From an uncultured Verrucomicrobiae bacterium (GTDB taxonomy: Bacteria > Verrucomicrobiota > Verrucomicrobiia > Limisphaerales > Palsa-1400): 64,000 nucleotides of DNA. Within the stretch, counting starts at the first letter, position 1; each line of letters opens with the position of its first letter. The stretch is taken from contig CAVXRD010000004.1 of NCBI GenBank assembly GCA_963764165.1, positions 96,001-160,000 of the forward strand. Direction: 5' to 3'. Both the position numbers and the translations under genes were made by a program. Below, in pieces: positions 37,432 to 47,270 of this stretch. The notes below the pieces were generated by a model. It worked only from the letters and a program-made list of their open reading frames with translations, had not been told where the DNA came from and made no database searches.

Positions 37432-40089
37432 TTACTGAATATCCATTGGCAAGCCAGTCACCGGCCAATGGCTCACTTGCGCGTCTTCGTTCAGCGAAAT
37501 GGCGACGCCCGAATCCATCGACGTGTTTACGCCAACGTTCCAGCCGTCGAGCACAACGAGAGGCATCTGCCCTTTGAAGTCCGCCTTGGCGGCCTCGATG
37601 GAAATCGTTTTGCTCTCACCCGGCGCGAGGGAAACGTAATTATCCGAATAGTAGACCGGCAGCACGCGATTGTTCGATTCATTGCAGCGCAGTTGCAGGT
37701 GCGTCATCAAGGCAACTTGAGGCGCGCCATTGTGAAGCGTCACGTCAATCATAACTTTATCGCCGTCATCCCGGCGCGCAGCTTTCGCATCCAGCGTCAC
37801 CGTCGGCAAAGTCCCGAGCGATTCCAATTCATCCGGCTTCTCCCGCGTCCCCCGCCAATAAAGATTGTCCGACAGCGGCTTTCCAGAATTGTCGGCAAGG
37901 GTGAGCTTAATCAGATGAACCGGTGAAAAATTGGACGACCACTCAATCTTGGCAATGCCAACTTCAGCAGTCGGCGGAGCGCCGACCTCGAAATCGTGCG
38001 TCATCGCCTGCGTGCCATCCAAATTGTAGACGGTCACGTTTGCTTTCGCCTGTTTCAGCTCGGTGGGCAAATTATTGATCACTTCCAATTCGGCGGTTTT
38101 CTCGTTGTATTGAATATGGATCGGCTCGCACGCTTTCTTCGCGCCAAAGAGCGAGGCGTTAGGCTCCAGGTCGTGATGATAAATCTGCCAGGTGAAGCTC
38201 GGCTGGGCCGGGTTGCTCATCCAAGTGATGACGCCGGTGGAAGGTTTGAACAATTTTGCGTTGCGGCCTTCATACATGGCGCGATACGCCTCGTAATTGG
38301 CCATCTGCGCCTTCCGCGCAAAATCCGCGAGGTTCGCAACTTTGCCATAGCGCGATGCGATTATTTTCGGATATTCGTCGCCATGCTGCGCGCCGCGCGC
38401 GAAGTCGTGCTCGGCCCAATCGTTGTTAATGACCTCCCAATCCTTCTTCGGCATCATGCCGTGAATCGATTCCAGCGTCGGCACGGACATGCTGCCTGTC
38501 TCGGTTTTGAAAATGTCGTTGGTCTCAAAATCGTAAAATTCGCGCGGCGTCCTCCAACAATACGGGCCATGCGAGTAAACTCCATGGCCGGCGGTGGAAC
38601 TCGGCTGATAAAGCCGCGTCGGCTCCAGTTCTGACATCAGCTTGCGCAGCGCGCCGTCGATTTCCTTCGGCGGATAACCTTCGTTGCGCGCGCACCAAAT
38701 CGCAATGGACGGATGGTTGCGAAAATGGAGAATTTTGTCGCGCACATTGGCGACATAAGTCTTGAGGTCAATCGGATCGGGGCCATCGCTGGGATTTGGC
38801 TGGAAGAACTCATCCCAAAGCAGCAAGCCATATTTGTCGCACATGTCGTAAAAATCCTCGCTCGTGCTCTGGCCCACCCAATTGCGGATGATCGTGTAAT
38901 TGGCGATCTTGTGCATGCGAATTTCCGCTTCCAACCGCGCGCGCGGAATGCGTTTCATCGCTTCATCAAGGCCCCAATTGCCGCCTTTGCAAAGCAAGCG
39001 GACGCCATTGACGGAGACGGTTAAATTCTCCGAATCCGGAACCGAATAGGTAATTTTGCGAATCCCAAAACTTGTCTCCGAATGATCGGAAATCTTTCCA
39101 TCCACTTCGAAGTTCAGTTGCAGCGTATAAAGATTCTGCGGGCCAAAACCGTTTGGCCACCACAATTTCGGATTCGCAACGTGCAGAGCGGGAACATTCT
39201 TGGAATCGAGCGAAACGGTCTTCGAACCGTGCGCTGGAACTTCGACGGGCATTTCGAATGTCACCTCCCCGAAACGCCCTTTCAGCACGCCCTTCTCCGC
39301 GATCTCTGTCGTGTTTTCCAGCGTGGCTTGAATGGCGACGTCCGAGGAGCTTAAATCCGGCAGCGGCAAATCCGTCGTCACCAGCGGGTCTTTGATCACA
39401 ACCGGGCCCGTGGCGGAAAGAAACACTTTCCGCCAGATTCCGCTGTCGCGGTCGCGAATGGCGGGAATCCAATCCCATCCGATGGTGCAAAGAAAGGCCG
39501 CGCCATCGACAGCGGTGATGCCGCCGTTCAATCCCATGCCATCTGACAAGGTGTGCTCGTGCGGCCAGCCGGGGTGCGGTTGCGGCGTTATGAGGACAGC
39601 CAACACCGCTTTTTTTCCAGGCATGACATAATGCGAAACATCAAACACGCCACGGGCGAACGCTCCGCGCATGGTGCCGATTTCCTGGCCGTTGAGCCAA
39701 ATTTCCGCGGAATAGTTGATGCCGTCGAAATTCAGCCAGATTCGTTTCCCCTTGTATTCCGGAGGAACTGCGAACGTCATGCGATACCAATATGATTGAC
39801 GGCAAAGCGCTTCGGAAATTTTATCCGGGCGATTGTTCTCACCGTAAAGAGGTTCGGGATAAATGAAATCATTGACAAGGCTGGTGAGGACAGTGCCCGG
39901 AACGGTCGCGTCATGCCAATCCTTCGGATGGAACGCCGCGTCGGAGATTTCCGCGCCCTTTGCTTTCACAGCAGGCGCCTCCCGCAATTGCCAGCCGGAG
40001 TTTAGATCCACAGTTTTCGGCAGGGAATCCGCGAAACATGCTGCGGCAAGGAACAGGGTTTGACCGACGAACACGAGGGTGCGTTTCAT
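37432..40089 (-). CDS. Glycoside hydrolase family 2 (beta-mannosidase/exo-beta-glucosaminidase-like)
   Basis: ATVPGTVL, FDGINY, GWDWIP, LWWPNG, RNHPSIAIWCARNE. Confidence 0.88.
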   Translation of the reverse strand: MKRTLVFVGQTLFLAAACFADSLPKTVDLNSGWQLREAPAVKAKGAEISDAAFHPKDWHDATVPGTVLTSLVNDFIYPEPLYGENNRPDKISEALCRQSYWYRMTFAVPPEYKGKRIWLNFDGINYSAEIWLNGQEIGTMRGAFARGVFDVSHYVMPGKKAVLAVLITPQPHPGWPHEHTLSDGMGLNGGITAVDGAAFLCTIGWDWIPAIRDRDSGIWRKVFLSATGPVVIKDPLVTTDLPLPDLSSSDVAIQATLENTTEIAEKGVLKGRFGEVTFEMPVEVPAHGSKTVSLDSKNVPALHVANPKLWWPNGFGPQNLYTLQLNFEVDGKISDHSETSFGIRKITYSVPDSENLTVSVNGVRLLCKGGNWGLDEAMKRIPRARLEAEIRMHKIANYTIIRNWVGQSTSEDFYDMCDKYGLLLWDEFFQPNPSDGPDPIDLKTYVANVRDKILHFRNHPSIAIWCARNEGYPPKEIDGALRKLMSELEPTRLYQPSSTAGHGVYSHGPYCWRTPREFYDFETNDIFKTETGSMSVPTLESIHGMMPKKDWEVINNDWAEHDFARGAQHGDEYPKIIASRYGKVANLADFARKAQMANYEAYRAMYEGRNAKLFKPSTGVITWMSNPAQPSFTWQIYHHDLEPNASLFGAKKACEPIHIQYNEKTAELEVINNLPTELKQAKANVTVYNLDGTQAMTHDFEVGAPPTAEVGIAKIEWSSNFSPVHLIKLTLADNSGKPLSDNLYWRGTREKPDELESLGTLPTVTLDAKAARRDDGDKVMIDVTLHNGAPQVALMTHLQLRCNESNNRVLPVYYSDNYVSLAPGESKTISIEAAKADFKGQMPLVVLDGWNVGVNTSMDSGVAISLNEDAQVSHWPVTGLPMDIQ

Positions 40090-40222
40090 AAGCGTTTCCC
40101 TTTTTTATACCAGTCGCGAGCAAGTTGCAACGCAACGCGAAAAAATTTGAACGGGAGGAAAGCCGAGGAAACGGAGATGAAAACAAACCCAATATTGCGC
40201 AGAATATTGCCGCTTTGGAGAT

Positions 40223-40828
40223 CTATTTCTCAGGAACCTTAAGCAATTCTGGAGCAGTCATCTGGGATGGATGCTTATCGGCACGAGCCGCTGCGACTGT
40301 TTCGGGCTTGACCGGATCGGCATGATTGCCGAAGTCGCTGCGGATGTATGTCAGCACGGCGGCAATTTCCTCGTCGGTGTAGACGTCTCGCCAGGCGAGC
40401 ATTTGGAGATTCCATTCCTGGCCTTTGACGGTAATCGGCCCAATGAGTCCGTTGAGAACGACGCGAGCTATGCGGTTCGCCCCCGGCGCGAGCACCCATT
40501 CGGAACCGGCCAGCGGCGGAGCAGTTCCTTCTTTGCCCATGGCGTTGGCTTGATGGCAGGCGACGCACGTTTTCGCGAAAATAGCCTGGCCCTTCTTTCT
40601 GAGCGCGTCCGGCCCTGTCTCGGTTGGATTCGCATCCACGACTTCCTGAACCGAGTGAAATGGCGCGTAAACAGAACGGTCAAAACCCCCGGCATTCTCC
40701 GCCATGAAAAGCGCTCCTCCGAAGACAATTAGAGCGGTCAGCAATAAAGCCCACATCGGCACGGCAGTGCGTTCCGCCACTGGCTCCGGGCCGCCATCAT
40801 TGTATGCTTTTTTGGGTTCGGCGCTCAT
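40223..40828 (-). CDS. Membrane-anchored monoheme cytochrome c
   Basis: TM helix, CVACH, PPLAGSEWV, distal Met in QMLAW. Confidence 0.88.
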   Translation of the reverse strand: MSAEPKKAYNDGGPEPVAERTAVPMWALLLTALIVFGGALFMAENAGGFDRSVYAPFHSVQEVVDANPTETGPDALRKKGQAIFAKTCVACHQANAMGKEGTAPPLAGSEWVLAPGANRIARVVLNGLIGPITVKGQEWNLQMLAWRDVYTDEEIAAVLTYIRSDFGNHADPVKPETVAAARADKHPSQMTAPELLKVPEK

Positions 40829-41559
40829 TTTTTGCTTGGCATGGCTGGCGCAACAGCGTTCGTAGGAACTGCGTTCGTCGGAGGCAATTTCGGCGGAGCA
40901 TCAAACAAATATCCGTCCTGCTTCAAATTGATCAAGTAATAGACAAGCGCTTTGGCTTCGTCCGTCGGAACGATTTCGTATCCAGACGGCGGCGCATCCT
41001 GATCGGGTAGGTGCAAAGTTTCCCGAGAGGGGTGAAATCCGATTTTTTGCTTCTTAAAGAGAAAGCGATACGACGGCATGACAGTCGAATGCCCTGTGCT
41101 CTTGCCGCCACTCTTGCCCGCCACCAACTCTGGATCATAGAGGCGCAGATACACGCCGTCCAAATTCATGTCGTTGGTGTCGAAGACCAAACGCCGGCCG
41201 ACATTGGCCAAATCAGGCCCCACTTGGGTCGAACCGATCATCACCGGCGTTTCAAAAACATAATCTTCAGCCACGCTGCGCCTGAGACCCCAGAAGCGGC
41301 TGATATCGGAACTTTGCTGGACCGGGCGCACAACCTGCGTATGGCAGGCAGCGCAGCCATTGGCGCGATACACTTCGGCGCCTTGGTGGGCGATTCCCGC
41401 CTGGGCTATTGGATACGATTGCGACAGCTCTTTTCCGACGACAACCGTGTTCGTTGAAGTCAAATCGCCCAACTGCATCTGCGGCCCAAGAACGAAACCG
41501 GTCCAAGTGCAGGCGATGGTCGCGAACAGGCCTACGAAAATAATCGGTCCACTGTTCAT
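40825..41559 (-). CDS. cbb3-type oxidase subunit II-like (CcoO/FixO) cytochrome c
   Basis: GAEVYRANGCAACHTQVVR, GSTQVGPDLANVG, STVMPSY. Confidence 0.85.
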   Translation of the reverse strand: MNSGPIIFVGLFATIACTWTGFVLGPQMQLGDLTSTNTVVVGKELSQSYPIAQAGIAHQGAEVYRANGCAACHTQVVRPVQQSSDISRFWGLRRSVAEDYVFETPVMIGSTQVGPDLANVGRRLVFDTNDMNLDGVYLRLYDPELVAGKSGGKSTGHSTVMPSYRFLFKKQKIGFHPSRETLHLPDQDAPPSGYEIVPTDEAKALVYYLINLKQDGYLFDAPPKLPPTNAVPTNAVAPAMPSKK

Positions 41560-42992
41560 GCGGCCCCCTTTCCTTCAACGCAGCAGCGCTGGCAGGCTTT
41601 CCTCACAACGTTTCCAAAATTCAAAATAAACATCAGCGTGCCGAGTAAAATCAGAAGGTCGCCGATTACCACAAAACGCAAGGGAATGAGCGAGCCGCGC
41701 ATGACCTCCACAAAAGACCTGTTCGGATCCCGCAGCATGATCCCCTGCCCGATGCCTGCGACAACCATCGGAAAATACGAAAAAAGCACGCCCAAAAAAG
41801 TGAGCCAGAAATGCCCTGCCATCAGCTTCGCGCACCACGCTCTCCGGTCAAATCCAACGATCTGCGGCACGACGTAATAAAGCGCTCCGAAAACAGTCAT
41901 CGCGAAAAAGCCGTAGTGCATCAGATACTTTTGCGATGCGCCAAACCAGGTGAAATCCGTCAAGTTGCTGACATCCGGCAAAACGCCAACAATCTGCTGC
42001 AGGCCAGCGATGAACCAGAAAACGAGCCCGATATAGATGAAGCGCAAAGTTGGATCTCCATCCAAGTTCGTTGCGTCGCGCTTTGCCGTGCTATAAAGAT
42101 TTGTGACGATTGAAAGAATGGGCACAATCATCAGGATGGTCCCAATCATGCTGAAACCCGGCATCCAAGCAGGCACAGGCGCGCCGTTGGGAATGCCGCC
42201 GCAGCTTCCAAATAAAGCCAGCGTCCAAAATCCAAAAGCGGCCATGTAATGACTGGCCAGGGGGCGATTCAAAATTTTTGGAATGAAATAAAAGGTGAGC
42301 GCCAATCCGCCAAAGCCGAGAAACACCGTGTCGAAATTGCGGGCGTACCACCAAGCCGAAGTCGCCTGCAGAATCCCGCGGGCAGGAACCACTTGCAGCA
42401 CCATCATGGCCGTCGAAAAAATCCACGGAAACCAAAATAGGGCGCCAAGCACAAACCATTGCGACGGATAAAGCGGCGCGGCCTTTCTTGAGTGAAATGT
42501 CATCAACGCGCCAACTCCAACCATGCAGTAAGAAATGAACATCAGCCGCGTGCACCAGATTGGGATTTCAAAATAATCGTAGCCTGTCGAACGCCCGCAA
42601 AGAATGGCCGCCGCGCCAATCGCCACCGCCGAATGCCACAGAATGGCTCCGATGGTGATAATCCCCGGCAATGCCACCTGAGTCTTTCCCAACCGGCTCA
42701 ACAGCCAGATTCCGAGCCCGAGAACAGTCGGCACGCAAAATCCGTAAAGGAGCAAAGCACTTCCAGCCGCAACGACGCGTCCATAGGTAAGATAACTGAC
42801 GTCCGCCAGGAGTTTCGGGGCATGGAAATTAAGATCCGCCCGCATGGCGCAAACAAGCGCAAGAGCGAGCCAGACGGCGGCTCCGGCAAACAGAGCAAGC
42901 ATGCCCACCGGGCAAGACGCGTCGGCTTCGTTGATCTGCGCTTGCGGAGTGGCTGGCGATGATTTAGGCGCTTGGGTCACCTTCGCGCTCAT
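41556..42992 (-). CDS. CcoN-like (cbb3 subunit I fold) membrane protein lacking canonical His ligands
   Basis: Scaffold motifs TYGR, LYPSQWF, WWY, YFIPK..RPL.S, FWTL, YYVVP, HFWL are retained while ligand positions are substituted. Confidence 0.8.
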   Translation of the reverse strand: MSAKVTQAPKSSPATPQAQINEADASCPVGMLALFAGAAVWLALALVCAMRADLNFHAPKLLADVSYLTYGRVVAAGSALLLYGFCVPTVLGLGIWLLSRLGKTQVALPGIITIGAILWHSAVAIGAAAILCGRSTGYDYFEIPIWCTRLMFISYCMVGVGALMTFHSRKAAPLYPSQWFVLGALFWFPWIFSTAMMVLQVVPARGILQATSAWWYARNFDTVFLGFGGLALTFYFIPKILNRPLASHYMAAFGFWTLALFGSCGGIPNGAPVPAWMPGFSMIGTILMIVPILSIVTNLYSTAKRDATNLDGDPTLRFIYIGLVFWFIAGLQQIVGVLPDVSNLTDFTWFGASQKYLMHYGFFAMTVFGALYYVVPQIVGFDRRAWCAKLMAGHFWLTFLGVLFSYFPMVVAGIGQGIMLRDPNRSFVEVMRGSLIPLRFVVIGDLLILLGTLMFILNFGNVVRKACQRCCVEGKGAA

Positions 42993-43369
42993 TCAAATGG
43001 GTTCTTTTTGGGCGGCGGCGCCGGAGCGACCGCAAAGGCCTTGGCGGCGCGCTCCATCAGATTCGACCTGGCCGCCACCGGGTCCTTCGACCATTCCTCA
43101 AGCACCAATTCCTTGGCGCGCTCGATTGGAATTCGGACAAATCCCTTGGCTTCATCCTGCCAGGCGTACGTTTCGACCAAGGGCTGGTTGGCGGCCTTGA
43201 ATTCGGACATGATTTGCATGCGCTCCGCGCCCCGGGTGGCAGAGATTCCAGGGGCTTCCGTGTGCGCCTGCATCAAATGCGCAAGAAAACCGACGATCAA
43301 AAAAGTCCCCAGCAAGGCGACGACGTAAACGCCGCAGCTGGTTTTTTGGCAGGAAGGTTCTGAGTTCAT
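42989..43369 (-). CDS. Small membrane protein, ActG-like ACIII accessory subunit
   Basis: One TM plus YAWQD..KGFVRIPIERAKELV; directly after actF. Confidence 0.55.
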   Translation of the reverse strand: MNSEPSCQKTSCGVYVVALLGTFLIVGFLAHLMQAHTEAPGISATRGAERMQIMSEFKAANQPLVETYAWQDEAKGFVRIPIERAKELVLEEWSKDPVAARSNLMERAAKAFAVAPAPPPKKNPFE

Positions 43370-44613
43370 TTGGCGCGATTCGGGGCGGTGGAAATGTCAC
43401 TATGCGGCGGAACGTAGATGCCGAGCGCTTCCGCCATGCGCGGATCGCGCAGCGGATAGACTGGATATTGCTTGATGGAGCGAATCACCATCAGCATCAG
43501 CACCCCGACATAAAGCGCAACGGCTGCCATGTCCACGAACAGCCCGGGAGCCAAAAACCTGGCTTCGCGGGTTTCACGGAATGCTGGCATGATTTGAAAT
43601 TCCAAGTCAACGAAGTGCATCATCCACGCCCAAACCATGAGCGGAATCATCGTGACGAGCTTTAGTTTGAAATCAATGCGGAGCAGCATCAGGAACGGGA
43701 CGAAAAAATGCCCAAAAATAATGACGTACTGGCCGACATATTTCCATTGTCCCTGTTCACGCAGCCAGAACCAGAACGTCTCTTCCGGCATGTTGGCGTT
43801 CCAGATGATGAAGTATTGCGAAAAATTAACGTAAGCCCAAAACACCGTGAAAGCGAAGAACAAGGTGCCGATCATGTAATACGTATTCTCGGTTACAATG
43901 TTTCGCAAAGCCGTCGTCCGCTGGAGGATCAGAGTTACCACGTAGACCGTCGGCAATGTCAGCCAAACCGACCCGGCAAAATAAGTCACGCCATACATCG
44001 TCGAATACCAATCGTTCATCAATCCTTTCATGAACAAAATGGCCGCGAACGTGAACGTAATGGCGAAGAGCACGATGCCGGTGCAGGCGAGATAACGCAT
44101 CCTGAAGGTCAGCGCGGCAGCGCCGGTCTCGTCCTGTTGCAAGGAAGCCGACCGAAGCTGGCGGGTCCAGACAAACCAGATCAGAAACAATATTGCTGAG
44201 GTGATATAGAACCCGGGAAGCGTAAACAGCGGCTTCTTCACCTCCAGAGAATGCGTCATGACCGTGGCAGTCATCCACGGATAAATCTGTTTTGCCAAAA
44301 TTGCCACCGGCAGAAAGAGAATCGCCAGGGTTGGGAACAAGAGGCACGCCAGATGTTCACAGAGCCGGCGCGTGGCAATCGACCAGCTCGCGTCAAACAA
44401 ATGATGCGCCATGGTCAGAAAAAATCCGCCCATCCCGAAGCTCAAACAGAACATGAAAGCCAGCAGGCACGAATACCCGACTTGCTTAGTGCCGCCCAGA
44501 GCAACTCCTGCTCCCACGCCAACCGCCCCAATGACAATCAGGATCACAGGAAGATTTTTCCATTTGGACAAATCCAACCCGGGTGCTGATGAAGTTGAAG
44601 AGTGTGAACCCAT
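43366..44613 (-). CDS. actF: Alternative complex III membrane subunit F
   Basis: About 10 TMs, WYSTMYG, WAYVNFSQYFIIWNANMPEE; operon position. Confidence 0.85.
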   Translation of the reverse strand: MGSHSSTSSAPGLDLSKWKNLPVILIVIGAVGVGAGVALGGTKQVGYSCLLAFMFCLSFGMGGFFLTMAHHLFDASWSIATRRLCEHLACLLFPTLAILFLPVAILAKQIYPWMTATVMTHSLEVKKPLFTLPGFYITSAILFLIWFVWTRQLRSASLQQDETGAAALTFRMRYLACTGIVLFAITFTFAAILFMKGLMNDWYSTMYGVTYFAGSVWLTLPTVYVVTLILQRTTALRNIVTENTYYMIGTLFFAFTVFWAYVNFSQYFIIWNANMPEETFWFWLREQGQWKYVGQYVIIFGHFFVPFLMLLRIDFKLKLVTMIPLMVWAWMMHFVDLEFQIMPAFRETREARFLAPGLFVDMAAVALYVGVLMLMVIRSIKQYPVYPLRDPRMAEALGIYVPPHSDISTAPNRAK

Positions 44614-44616
44614 ATT

Positions 44617-45282
44617 CTATTTCTTGAAAGGTGCGCGGTCTGGAGCCGGAACATCGTCCGGGGTCGCAAGCTGGCTGACTTGGAGCGCGCGAACATAGGC
44701 GATGATGGCCCAGCGGTCTTCGACCGTAACATTGGCACCATATGCGCCCATCAAATTCTTGCCGTAGGTAATCGTGTTAAAAATTTCGCCGTCGGTCATG
44801 TTGACCAGGCGGAGGTCATGGAAATTGGCCATGCCGATCATGCCGTATTTGCTGGTGATGCCTTTGCCGTCGCCGTCCGGACCGTGGCACGGCATGCAAT
44901 TAATCTGGAAGCGCTGCTGGCCGCGTTCCATCAATTGGCGTGTCATTGGCACGGGGCTGATCGGAATCCAATTCGTCGTGCCGGTGATTTTGCCGGTGGT
45001 CACCGGAGAATCCTCGTAAGCGTAAACGGGTTTGCCGTCGACTTTCACTTCTTCGCCACCGATGACGTAGGGACCGCCACGGGGAACGGTGCCAACAGGA
45101 ATCAGTCGCGAAGCGTGTTCGTCGGCGAAAAATTCGCTCGGCGTCTGGGGACGGACTTTGTTCTGCCGCACCATGTCCGGGAACAATTCAATGGGCGGTT
45201 TGCGCGACATGCTCCCGCGGAATCCGCAGATGGCCACCGTTCCAACAACCGACAGGACAAATAGCAAAAGGAAATAGCGCAT
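44617..45282 (-). CDS. actE: Alternative complex III monoheme cytochrome c subunit E
   Basis: FPDMVRQNK, GTVPRG, CMPCHG, EDRWAIIAYVRALQ. Confidence 0.85.
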   Translation of the reverse strand: MRYFLLLFVLSVVGTVAICGFRGSMSRKPPIELFPDMVRQNKVRPQTPSEFFADEHASRLIPVGTVPRGGPYVIGGEEVKVDGKPVYAYEDSPVTTGKITGTTNWIPISPVPMTRQLMERGQQRFQINCMPCHGPDGDGKGITSKYGMIGMANFHDLRLVNMTDGEIFNTITYGKNLMGAYGANVTVEDRWAIIAYVRALQVSQLATPDDVPAPDRAPFKK

Positions 45283-45812
45283 TATTCGTCCACCAGTTCG
45301 ATGTGCTTGCTGCCCGAATTTTCCAGGAGCCGGCGGGTTTCAGTTTCCGAATACTTGGGATCGGTTGATTCAATCACGAGGTAATAGCGATCATGCGTCG
45401 CGAGGGCAAAGCGGCGATTCTTCAAAAGCGGATGATGCAACTGCGGCAGGCGGTTCAAGAAGAGCATTCCCAGCAATGCGCCAAACGCGCCGAGCAAAAT
45501 CGTCAATTCATACGACGGCGGGAAGGCCGACATCGGGCTGAACATGGGCTTGCCGCCGATCACGATTGGATAATCGTGCTTGTTCATAAACCAGATCATC
45601 AGCATTCCTGTCGTATAACCGGTGCAGCCGCCGATGAACGAGAACCAGCCGACGATGGAATGCTTCAGTCCCATCGCGCGATCCATGCCGTGAATCGGAT
45701 ATGGCGTAAACACGTCCCAATGGCTGAAGCCTTTGTCGCGAACCTTTTCCGCAGCGTGCAAAATAGCCGCCGGGGTTTCGAACTCGGCCATGATGGCAAA
45801 CGGGGCCGGCAT
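45282..45812 (-). CDS. actD: Alternative complex III subunit D (DUF3341)
   Basis: FTPYPIHGMD, IGGKP, YELTILL. Confidence 0.88.
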   Translation of the reverse strand: MPAPFAIMAEFETPAAILHAAEKVRDKGFSHWDVFTPYPIHGMDRAMGLKHSIVGWFSFIGGCTGYTTGMLMIWFMNKHDYPIVIGGKPMFSPMSAFPPSYELTILLGAFGALLGMLFLNRLPQLHHPLLKNRRFALATHDRYYLVIESTDPKYSETETRRLLENSGSKHIELVDE

Positions 45813-47270
45813 CAGTGTCCTCCTCCAGGTTGGGCGCCGCCCAGCGGATGATGCGGGTCGGCCTGCGGTGTGACACCTTTGACTTCAGCGATGGCAATCA
45901 AAGGCACATACCGTATGAACAATAAGAACATTGTGAAAAATAATCCAAACGTTCCCAAATACTGGCAAATATCCACCCACGTCGGACTATAATAATTCCA
46001 GTTCGAGGGCAGGAATTCGCGGTGCAGCGAAATATCGACGATGACGAACCGCTCAAACCACATGCCGACGTTCACCAAGATGGACAGGACAAAGACAGCC
46101 AGCATCCAAGTGCGCACTTTCTTGAACCAGAAGAATTGCGGCACCACCACATTGCAGATAACCATCGTCCAGAAAGCCCACCAATATGGCGCGGGACGAA
46201 TGTGCATCAATGGCGCGATGATCCACGGATCGGCCGCGCGGGTCTGAAAGAACTGGAAGCGCTCATACGGATTGCCGCTATACCACGCGATGAAGAATTC
46301 CATCGCGTAGGCGTAACCGACGATTGAGCCAGTGGCCAAAGTGACTTTGCACATCAATTCCACATGGCGAACGCGGATAATATCTTCGAGATGCAGCATG
46401 CGGCGCAACGGCACCAGCAGCGTCAGCACCATGCCGAAGCCGGAATAGACAGCGCCCGCGACGAAGTAGGGCGGGAAGATGGTCGTATGCCAGCCGGGCA
46501 CCTGCGACACGGAGAAGTCCAGTGACACGATGGAATGCACGGACAAGCACCAGCGGAGTCGACAAGCCCGCGAGAATCAAATACGCCTTTTCGTAATTGC
46601 TCCAATGGCGGTTGCCGCCGCGCCAGCCGAGCGCAAACAGGCCGTAGGCAAATTTGCGGATTTTGGTTTTTGAACGATCACGCATGACCGCCAAGTCAGG
46701 AATCAATCCCATGTACCAGAACAGCACGGATACCGTGAAATAGGTTGAGACAGCGAACACGTCCCACATCAGCGGCGAGCGAAATTGCGGCCAGATGCTA
46801 TACGAGTTCGGAATCGGGAACAGCCACCAACCGAACCAGATGCGCCCAATGTGAATCAACGGGAAAATACCCGCGCACATGACGGCGAAAATGGTCATGG
46901 CTTCGGCGGCGCGATTGATCGAGGTGCGCCAGCGCTGGCGCAAGAGGAACAAAATGGCCGAAATCAGCGTCCCAGCGTGGCCGATGCCGATCCACCACAC
47001 GAAATTGACAATCGCCCAGCCCCACATGACCGGATGGCCAAGACCCCAGACGCCGACACCGGTCGACATCAAATAAAGAATCATCACGAAACAGCCTGTC
47101 ATCATCGTGGAGCTGATGGCGAAGCAGATTTTCCACCACGTCGGCAATTCCCCTTCGATCACTTCGGTGATTCGGTCGGAAAGCCATCCAATTCCACGCT
47201 GATGCCCAACCAACGGAACACGCTCCAATTCTCGCGGCGGCGGAAGCACTTTAATCGCGGCGTCGTCCAT
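45812..47270 (-). pseudogene. actC: Alternative complex III subunit C (NrfD family) split by a 1-nt insertion (probably sequencing error)
   Basis: [32 protein letters not shown], then frame change at about 46545-46547 to [10 protein letters not shown]...[22 protein letters not shown]. Confidence 0.88.

Noticed and set aside
46530..46560. Programmed frameshift in actC
   Set aside because: No slippery heptamer or homopolymer tract at the site.
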